Source: Paraspadella gotoi
Taxonomy: Eukaryota > Animalia > Chaetognatha
NCBI GenBank assembly: GCA_051294375.1
Contig: JBJCIZ010000444.1
Coordinates: 1-42,184, forward strand
Length of the DNA: 42,184 bases
Reading direction: 5' to 3'
The notes under the pieces were generated by a model that made no database searches, was not told where the DNA came from, and worked only from the letters and a program-made list of their open reading frames with translations. Position 1 is the first letter of the stretch. Each line of letters opens with the position of its first letter. Shown in pieces: positions 26,787 through 36,062 of the stretch. The translations under genes were made by a program, and so were the position numbers.

Positions 26787-26846
26787 ACCGCATCTCTTAC
26801 CGCATCTCTTACCGCAACTCTTGCCTCAACTCTTGCCGCAACTCGA
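26787..26846. repeat. 12-bp tandem repeat, 5 copies
   Basis: accgcatctctt accgcatctctt accgcaactctt gcctcaactctt gccgcaactcga. Confidence 0.9.
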
Positions 26847-26965
26847 CGTCCTTTAAAAAAATAATAAAACTCTGTCGGACAGTCTCTACCTTGGACGATG
26901 AAGACGACGACGATAAAGACGAAGATGATGACGAAGACGACGACACAGACTGAAGAGAAAATGTA

Positions 26966-27007
<42 letters not shown>

Positions 27008-27132
27008 CGAGAAAACGACGACCTTGGCTACGACGCCGCTTCTGGCTTTCTTCGATTGTGACTCAATGAAGATTTCAAATGACCATACTTTACATAACCA
27101 CAACGATGCCGTGAGGAATTAAGGAGGCTAGT

Positions 27133-27136
27133 GAGG

Positions 27137-27189
<53 letters not shown>

Positions 27190-27249
27190 AGAGGAGAAGG
27201 AGAGAGAGAGAAAGGATAGAGGAGAAGAGAAGAGAGAGAGAGGAAGAGA

Positions 27250-27282
<33 letters not shown>

Positions 27283-27418
27283 GAGAGAGAGAGAGAGGAG
27301 AGAGAGATATTGTTAATGATTTCCACCATCGAGGTTTAAAACGAGGTTGGTTGAACATTAGAATAGTTTCTCTTTAATTTTTCAATCCTCAAAACACTGA
27401 GATGGGAAAGGAGGGAAG

Positions 27419-27476
<58 letters not shown>

Positions 27477-27478
27477 AG

Positions 27479-27514
<36 letters not shown>

Positions 27515-27735
27515 AAAAAATTAATGAAAAGAAAAGGAATTTTTTTCTTAAAGCAGACATGAACTGGAAATTTGACGTCTGGAATTTGGCGAATTTTAAC
27601 GACGGGCGCGGCGGAGAGGGGAAAAGAGAGGGAGAGGGAAAGAGAGGTTGAAGGGAGATAGAGAGGTTGAAAGGGAGAGGGTAGAGGGAAGATAGGTAGA
27701 GAGAGAGAGAGATGAGAGGAGAGAGACGAGAGAGA

Positions 27736-27767
<32 letters not shown>

Positions 27768-27785
27768 CGAGAGAGAGAGAGAGAA
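27133..27785 (+). repeat. Cluster of imperfect (GA)n tracts
   Basis: Read directly; representative of dozens of GA/CT tracts across the window (e.g. 38537-38930, 39235-39330, 39760-39853). Confidence 0.9.
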
Positions 27786-28355
27786 GGGTTTGGGTGTCTC
27801 TCAGAAGAAAAAAAGTGTGAAGGGTGAAGATTAAATGGGTTTCAAGGATTAAGTGTGAAAGGGCTTTGTGGGTCTCGTATAGGGACGGGGTAATTTAAGG
27901 GGCTGATTCCGCCCGCTTTTGAGAAAAGACGCGTCAGAAAAAAGTAAATGGAACTGTCTCACTCTTAAGGGAAACGCGTTTTCGGTTTCGACAAAGAGAA
28001 ACATTTTTTTTATTTTTAAATAAGAAAAAAAACATTTGGAAATTCTGCGAAGGGTTTTTAAATGCGTGTTTTCGTTTTTTCTCGTAGTTGTGAAATTTAC
28101 GCCTCATAACTAAATTGATTGCGATATTATTATTCCTCGCCTCGGAATTCTTAAACCCCCCTTCTTCACCCCAACCTCGACCCTCCACACCCGCTTAATT
28201 AAAACGTCCGATTCTATTGAATTCTTCTGTTTTTTTTTCTTCTTCTTTTTTTAAAAGAAAAATTCTTTTCTCAAAGTCAATTTTTTTCCTATTTATTCAG
28301 TGTTTGAATGTTTTGATTTTTTTGCTCCGAATTCCGTCATTAAATTGTCATTTCA

Positions 28356-28404
<49 letters not shown>

Positions 28405-28947
28405 CTTCTCCTCTCTCCTCTCTCTCTCTCTCTCTGTTTCTTTGTTTTTATATTTTCGTTTCGCTTCAATCAACACAGGGAAAGAAAGGTCGCCGATTTC
28501 GATAAAAAAAAATTCAATCACGCCGACGACGCCGACGACGACGACGACGACGACGATGACGACGAACAAATTACGCAGATGATCACCGGTGAAGAGGAAA
28601 TTAAACAGATGTCGCGACCGACGAAACCGACACAATCAGTCATCGATGACATTTCGGTGATACAGATGACAAAACCTTATCACCGAATCAGTTTTTCGAA
28701 CATCTCAAAGCGAGGCTCGGTCAGTTACGTGATTCTGATAACGAAGACTATGACGAATGATTTACAAAATTCGAAAGAGCGATTCCTCTATTTCCTTTCG
28801 TCCAATGACTCCTTACGTCACGTGACGGACGACGACGACGACGACGACGACGACTTGATGATGATAACCATTCATATAACCTTCGATTTAAAAAGAGAAA
28901 ATCTGCCGGTTTTCTTTCGCTCAGGTAAACCCCGTTCATTCTTTCGA

Positions 28948-28997
<50 letters not shown>

Positions 28998-30226
28998 TCC
29001 CGCCGAATTTCGAAATCGAGATTTCGAATTCGATTTAAACGAAAAGAAAAACAAACAAAAGATAATCGAAGCGAAATCAGCGCCGCCTCTCGACCACACC
29101 TCGAAGCGCCCTCTAGCGATGGCAGGTGGAAATCGAGGGAAAGACCACGGTCTTAAGCGGAATATGGACCACGGATTGTGGAAGAACCACAGTTGAGGGA
29201 TTGAGAGAAAATCGTTTTGCGTGGTATGAGGAGAGACCAGTGCAAGTCCACTTTAAAAATGCCACAAGTAAGTCGATTTATCAGACTTTAAAATATACTT
29301 GCCCTTCTACGTTATCCAATTAGGCGTCAACATATCTTTTATCAAAGCGGTTTCCTTATTCTCAAACCTGATATATTTACTTTGTCCTTCAACCAGTGGT
29401 TTCCTTGTCCCCCAAACCATATCCTAGCTCAACCGATTCCATTAACTTCTTTAAACGTTTTTTTCTCGGTGGCTTTGATTCGGTAAAAAATATTAGAGCC
29501 GCCCGACCGGAACCGAACCTTTCGTCGCCAGATCTAAACCAAAGGATATTCTTTGCTTTATTTTTTTTTCTCTCTTATCACAACAAAGAGTTCCATTGAC
29601 TTATCCAAAATCTTTCGTCCCCTTTTTCTCTCTCCCCGGTCACCTGTCCTCTTTCTTCTCCTCCTCCTCATTCTTCCCCCCCCCCCGCACCGATTTATTT
29701 GACACTCGGTTCGAAAAAAATGAGCGAGAGGAGATTATCGCTGCTCTTTTGTCTCGTTTAAATGAGACGAAAGCGAGGCTTTTTTTTTTTAATTCGAGGC
29801 TTCCGACCAATCGGCAGCGAGCTCGAATCGCGTTTCGGCCATCGGAGAGTCGCAATTGCGGATTAAATATCGATCTTCGGAATCGTCGACTTTGATACGA
29901 TTAAAAAGAAAGAAAGAAAAAAAATTGAAAGGGAAAAGAAAAGGGAAGAAATAAAAGAAAGATGATGATTACCTTTTGTTCGATTTGACTCCAGCCGATT
30001 CGCGCCGCGATTGTCATAATGTTATTGGATTCCTTTTCGGGACGACGGCCCGACGGGTTTGAAGAGAGAAAGAGAGAAGAGAGAGAGAGAGAACGAGAGA
30101 AGAGAGAGAGGAGAGAGAGAGAGAGAGAGAAGAGAGGAGAAGAGAGAGAGACGAGAGAGAGAAGACTTGGAAAATAAATTGAAGAAAACAAAGAGTAATA
30201 GAGAATGTTTTTTTTTCTCTTGATGT

Positions 30227-30590
30227 CTAATTGCGGATTGAGGCTGGCAACACAGTGTCATGCGTCGTTAATGACAAAGAAGATGACAATTTACGAAAAC
30301 GCCATCTGATGGCTGAATGAAATTGGTGGTGACGGTAAATTGAAAAAACGTTTGAGAACAAAATTAACGAGATGGCATTAAACTAAAGTAAGATAAAAGT
30401 TGCGTAGTCAGTAGTGTAAAATAAACGTCCATATCTTTATTACCTGATCGCTATGTGTCACAAATTTGATTTTTGACTGAGATGGTACTTCACTAGAATC
30501 TGAGATGACATTATTGGAGCAAAATTTACGCTTGACTGGAGCGGCTGCTACAGCGGCTGCTGCAGCTACAACTGGCGTCACAGATTTCTT
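30227..30590 (-). CDS. Two candidate exons joined by a 61-nt intron; product unknown
   Basis: Acceptor ttttttcaag, then a 147-nt stop-free exon 30590-30444 (KKSVTPVVAAAAAVAAAPVKRKFCSNN...HSDQ). Intron 30443-30383 has gtaata...tactgac...tttag. The frame then continues for 51 codons (FNAISLILF...IRN) to TAG at 30229-30227. Confidence 0.4.
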
Positions 30591-30988
30591 CTTGAAAAAA
30601 TAACAAAAACACAAAATATTTACGTTTTATTATTGAGCGAATTTCTCAGCCTTTTTTTCATATCTCATTCTTTCTCGGTGACTCTTGGGATTAGAACCGA
30701 AATAATATCAAAGATTCTCAGACTTATTTTTTTGTTGTAAAAATGGGTTAACTATTTTGGTTTACCAGCTTAAATCACAAATAAAATGAAGAAAAAAGAG
30801 TTTTATTCTATTTTCGTTTTATTTTTTGGAGATTTTCTCATTTTATTATTTCTCTTTTTAGTCAAAAAAAGTTTGTATGAAAAGTTTGGAAGATTAAGTC
30901 AGGATTAACGGAGATTTTTTTTGCTTCCCCTTTTTTGTATAGTTTTCCCATTGAACTTAAAAATCGTAAAAAGTCGACGACGACGACG

Positions 30989-31013
30989 NNNNNNNNNNNN
31001 NNNNNNNNNNNNN
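30989..31013. other. Assembly gap of exactly 25 N inside a (GAC)n tract
   Basis: Counted directly. Confidence 1.
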
Positions 31014-31026
31014 ACGATGACGACGT

Positions 31027-31063
<37 letters not shown>

Positions 31064-31359
31064 ACACGGACGACACCATCAAGTCGGTCTCTTCTCAAGC
31101 TTCTTTAGTGTCACAGGGATTAAAGACTACGACATCTCAAACAAAACGTCGTTACGTTTTTTAAAGATCGGTTTTATCGAAGGATCGAAAGATCTTACCG
31201 GCGTTCCGAAATCGTTTTTTCGTGTTTTTTTTTTCTTTTTTGGGTCCTGAATCAACGATCCGATCAAAGAACAGATTCCAACATTGCAAAAAAATTTAAC
31301 TATGGAGTTTCAACTTCAACAAATTCATTATTTTTTTTAAAATATCTTTTAAGGGTTTG

Positions 31360-31530
31360 TATTTTAATATTTGTTAATGAAACGTTGATTGGGACAAAAA
31401 ATTTACCTTTAGATGTAAAATTATTCATTTTAAGATATAAGTACTTGCAGTTGGTAAAATTATTGGTTAAACATATTTAGGAAATTGTTGAGTGAACCGA
31501 CAAACTTCATATGAAAAGTATTTGGCGCTT
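31360..31530 (+). repeat. Degenerate direct repeat, copy 1 (left of the transposase island)
   Basis: tgttaatgaaacgttgatt...gtaaaattattcattttaagata...ttgcagttggtaaaa...acgacaaactt...tttggcgctt is collinear with 35862-36062. Confidence 0.7.
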
Positions 31531-31897
31531 CCGATTTCCTGCGGTTTTTTGATTAATTATGATTAGTGAGAAAAATATATCAAGAGGAAAAAATACTTAC
31601 AAAAAATTTAAAAGTTTATTCAAAGAGAAAAAATAATAATTGGGTTGTAGAATTAAAATTTATCGCTGAATAAATGAATTTCGATAAATATTTAATCAAT
31701 TTTTCTAGGAAAAAACCACTTTTTTAATATAACATAATATTTATTTTCTTTACTCAAATAGTTTCATTTATTTGAGTTATATCTAATTTTTGCGGAATGA
31801 GGATTTGCATGGAAACATTTTGAAAAAGGAAGGCAATAATAGTTCAGCGAATGGAGGAAGAATCAGGAACAAGAAAGTAAAGACATGAATTATTCCT

Positions 31898-32170
31898 TTG
31901 ATTTTAATAGATATAAAATTATTTAAACAAACTGCCAATAGCGAGTTGGTTGGTAAGGCACTATCATTCTGGAAAGTGCCCCATTTCGTCCCTAAATTTA
32001 ATTTTAACCTTCAAATTTATAAGACAATCTCCAAACTGGAATCACCAAAAATTGAATGCTTAAATTTGTATTTAGATGGTAATTTGGTGCCTTGTGAATA
32101 TGAACAAAATTTCATGCAATAGTCCTTCGAAACTTTATCGCGTTACTTCACAAGACTTGACCAGCAATAA
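31898..32170 (+). CDS. Possible coding fragment of unknown function upstream of the transposase
   Basis: The 74-aa ORF has normal amino-acid complexity, unlike most ORFs in the window. The frame continues past TAG 32120 as SFETLSRYFTRLDQQ. No family recognised. Confidence 0.25.
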
Positions 32171-32724
32171 TGATCTTTTTGAAAACATTATCCATTGTTC
32201 GGTACGCGCCAACTGATCCCATATGAATATGACAACAACTATCAAGATGAAATTTATTGATTTTAAGCAGAGATGACAGAACTCCATAAACTTCAAACCT
32301 CCTTCAATCATGGATATCCAGAGTAAAAAAAAAATTTTAATTTTTAAAGTTTAAATTCTATGTAAATGATAATACTACGAAATTTTACGAATTAAAATTG
32401 TAGTGATTGAGTCTGTGGATATAAAATTAAATAAGAAAAAGGAGTTAATAAAAAAAAAAAACATAAGTCACGTTTACTTGAATATTTTTACTTATTATTA
32501 CCTCATAATTACTCTAATTGACAAAATTTTCTTTAAAAATATGCTCGAATGTTTTTTCAGGAAATAGATAATGGCTAATATTTTTGGGTCTTCTCAATAT
32601 TCCTCAATATTTAAAATGTTGGATCAAGATACTTCATAAGTTTTATGACTGTGAGAGATTTACAAAAACTTGGAGTAATAAAATTGCATTACATAGCGTA
32701 AAACATTTTAGGATTAACTGCCAG

Positions 32725-32793
32725 GACGACCACCGGGCTTAGAACCCCAGACCTTGGGGGAGGCGAATGATTTCCTCACGGCACCATGCGCGC
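32725..32793 (-). ncRNA. Degenerate tRNA-like / tRNA-SINE head (Pol III A and B boxes)
   Basis: The minus strand reads GCGCGCA-TGGTGCCGTGAGG (A-box-like)...GGTCTG-GGGTTCTAAGCCC (B-box-like, T-arm)-GGTGGTCGTC. It is a GC-rich island in AT-rich DNA. I could not build a complete cloverleaf. Confidence 0.4.
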
Positions 32794-33020
32794 TGATGAA
32801 ACGGTTGGTGGATTAGCCCACCTATAACCCCATTTTCAAAAGCAACTTTCTCCACTCATGTCAAAGGCATTCTTAACTGAATCAATATAAATTTGAACAC
32901 ATTTGGTTTATTTTTTATCAACTAACTTTTAAAATCAATGAAATAACACTGGTTTGCAAATGCCGCAGCGTTTTTCTACCGGCGCTTGTAAAATTTTCAC
33001 CATGTAATATGTTTTGACAG

Positions 33021-35413
33021 AACAATTAAATCTCAACTTAAATGGTCCTTGTGCTGAAAATTCGTTACTCCGACGTTTACATGCGTGTTAAACGGAAAAT
33101 TATTTAAAAAAAAAGATCCAAATTTTAAATAAAAATTTCATCTAATATAACAAAGGCCGAGTTTGTAGGACAACTTTCAATCTTTTGAGGGATGAAGAGA
33201 TTACTCAAAATTAAGATTACAAATTGTTTAAAATAAAAGAATGTGAATTATCTAATGTTAAATTTCAACTTGAATTAAGTTATAAAAAATCTCCATAAGA
33301 TTTCTCAATCACTTAGCAGAAGCGAAGAGAGCAAAATTTATTTATTCAAATCACTACCAAGCTTTGCGTCTAATCAATATTTATGAACAAGTTGAAGAAA
33401 ATCAATGAACTAAAACCTAAAGGGAAAAAAAGTATGAAATGAAGGAATTTCAGAGAACAAGTAGGGAAAAAAAATATGATTTGAGCTCGGTCAAGATGCT
33501 AATATAAAACAAAAGTAGCGTATAAAAAAGATTTCATTGAAGAGTCTTGAATGTATTTTTGGAAAAAATCGTGGACTACGTGTTAAGAAATTATAGTTGA
33601 AGATGAGAAGAAGAAAAAATTAATATTAAATGGATTTAACACACATTAGTTTTCAATCCTTTTAAATAATTCCGAATTGAAGAATTTGCCTAAAGCGCGT
33701 CTCAGTGGAAAGACGAGAATCGGATTTCAAATAAGTGTTTTTCTAAAGTTATTAAGATTGCAAAACTACCGCCTGCAAATCATATTAAAAATATGAGGCT
33801 ACTCAATTGACGAAGTAGGAAAAGTTAATGCAACTTCCGGGAAATAATAAAAGGTGGTTATGTTTCAATTGACAAAGAAATGAAAAAAATGCGTATTTCC
33901 AATTTATTTTAAACTAAGGAGGTTCTTGTAGATGGAGACACCGTTTTTGTGAAAATGGAGGCAGACGAACACATATCACAAAAAAGGAAAATTGCCATTT
34001 GTCACACCTTAACTATATCAAATCATAATTAAAAGCACTAAAAAATAGCAACTATATTAATTGCGCTGTTAAATGAATCTTTTTGATAACTTAAACGCTT
34101 GCACTAAAAAATGATGCTAGAATTTAACATTTGGCTGAAGTCATTCACAGAAATTTCAGATAATGAAAAAGTTAAAATTAAAAATTGTTTTCGCGGAGAT
34201 ATGAAATACCTTTTATAGTTTTTGGGGTTAAGCAATGCGACCGCTGCATAATCCTTGCTTGTACTGCTTAAAAACATTAAAAATGCAATTTATAAGCAAC
34301 TGAATCTCCTGTCTTTGTCTTGGCTTTTATTGGAATGAATCACCATTTTGCCGAACAGAAAGAGCATAGCAGAGGAGTGTTTTCAAAGCTAAACAAGTTT
34401 TTCAGTAAAATCTCGTCCCCTCCCAACCCATTTTCCCTTGGATTTTAATCTCCAATCATTACTCTTTTTTGTTTTTAAAACCCCACCGGGGGAGATTATT
34501 CTTCATCTTTGGAATTGCGAATAGTGGGTAAATTGAAATAAACAACTGCATAATGGCATCCTCCAGATTTACTAGTAATAAACTAGCTCCAGAATTTCAA
34601 GCCTTTGTCGTCAGTGTAAAATAAGATTTTCTATCTTTTGAACGATAAATATAAAATTGAAAACAAAAAAAAATTTCATATAGTAGTCTAACTGGTTAGA
34701 GAATACAAATACTTTTCAAAAAACTTGGTCCATTAATAATCAACTCCAACAACGTTTCAATGACGAGCATAAAAATTTATTTAGGGGATTTAATAGGACA
34801 GTTTTAACCTAATTATTGAATTCATTAGGCACTTGTGATTAGGTCTGAGTGCAGACAAGGGCAGCAGATTGATGGACAAGATAAATGGATGTCTGACTTT
34901 TAAAAATTAAATTTCACTGGTCTTGAAGGGATTTTTGCTTACAACGGATATTACCCCTTATATCCTGTCCATGTTTCCATACACCATACTGTTATTTGGC
35001 TGGGTTAAATAAATTAGTGGGAGTTGTTTGGAGAAGCGCAAAATGATAGCATTAAAAAAAAACAACCTCGTTCGTCGAACAAATCATAAAGATCCAAAGC
35101 AAACACTAAAATGAAAAAAGACGTTGATTGCAAAAAAATGAGCGGCAGAAATTCAAGAAGTAAAAAAAAAATGTAAAAAAGACGAAAAAAGCTAAGCCAT
35201 ATTTAGTCAGAAGGAAAAAAAAAAACTGGAAAATGGCAATAATGAGGAAGAAGTAGTTTATCAACATAATCTTTGTTATGAAAGTCTTAGTACATCTGAC
35301 ATCAAATTTAATATTTTGAAAAGACTGGCACCCGACCTCAAATAAAATAGATTTAAACTTGAAAAATCAGCTATGGTGGTTGGGAAGAAAATCCGATTAT
35401 CACTAGTTAGTTA
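33021..35413 (+). pseudogene. RAG1/Transib/Chapaev-like DDE transposase, frameshifted (decayed or sequencing-error-ridden)
   Basis: Manual translation across frameshifts gives collinear motifs: N-terminal Cys region (GPCA...C...GRVCR, 33044-33170); WKDENRISNKCF...KLPPANHIK (33706-33790); DTVFVKMEAD (first Asp, 33964); NESFDNL (~34072); FRGDMKYLL*FLGLSNATAA[Y]PCLYC (second Asp 34198, CxxC 34256-34267); ILHL-ELRIVGKL (~34498-34535); SYSSLTG*RIQILFKKL (34676-34726); KWMSDF (34883); TTDITPYI (34941-34964; the following His appears lost to a 1-nt deletion); GLNK[F]SGSCLEKR[N]D (Glu 35031). Motif order and the second-Asp-to-Glu distance (~278 codons) fit the RAG1 D600/D708/E962 architecture. Ends are approximate. 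Confidence 0.8.
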
Positions 35414-35861
35414 AATATTGCCAATTTTTTAGCTATCAATTTAAAAGTTGAGGGTATTTGTTTAAAAAAAGAGAGGTACTATAATACAAATTCTGTCAAC
35501 ATTGCTGTCAATTGCCTTGAACAAATGTTACAAAATTTTTGACTAACTTTTACCAAAGGTTGCTTTGCTATAAGCTTTTAATATTTTATGGTTGATATAA
35601 TTTTTTTAAAAAATTTATGTTGTTGCTGTTTAAAAAAAATGGTTTACTATTTTCTTCGCATGAAATGTTTATTATTTACGAAAATGTCAATTTTGACAAG
35701 AAAAACAAAATTGTGGGAATTAAAAAAAGGTAAAGATTTTAAAGCTTTTAAATAGTATAATTAATTTTTAAAATAGCGGACTTAATGATTGATTTCTGAA
35801 GATTTTTGAAAAAATAAAATTACAAAAGCAATAAAAAATTAGTTTAATGCTTTTCTTATTA

Positions 35862-36062
35862 AATTTGAATATGTTGATGAAACGTTGATTTACAAAAAAA
35901 TTACATTACTGATTACTGATTACAAGTAAAATTATTCATTTTTAAAGATATTAAAGTCTTTGAAGTGTTGCAGTGGTAAAACATGGGAATTTGGGCTGCC
36001 GACTTGTTATTTCATTATCACGCACAACGACAAGACTTATAATAAAATTTTTTTTGCGCTTT
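35862..36062 (+). repeat. Degenerate direct repeat, copy 2 (right of the transposase island)
   Basis: tgttgatgaaacgttgatt...gtaaaattattcatttttaaagata...ttgcagtggtaaaa...acgacaagactt...tttttgcgctt; same orientation as copy 1, with a small internal gattact duplication. Confidence 0.7.

Noticed and set aside
30251-30290. CACAGTG heptamers (also 6766 and 14755) as RSS-like signals for the RAG1-like protein
   Set aside because: No nonamer at 12/23 spacing, no inverted partner around the transposase, and a few hits are expected by chance in 42 kb.
35865-35940. C2H2 zinc finger on the minus strand of direct-repeat copy 2 (FTCNQ...KSTFHQH)
   Set aside because: Interrupted, lacks the second Cys and His, and is not conserved in copy 1.
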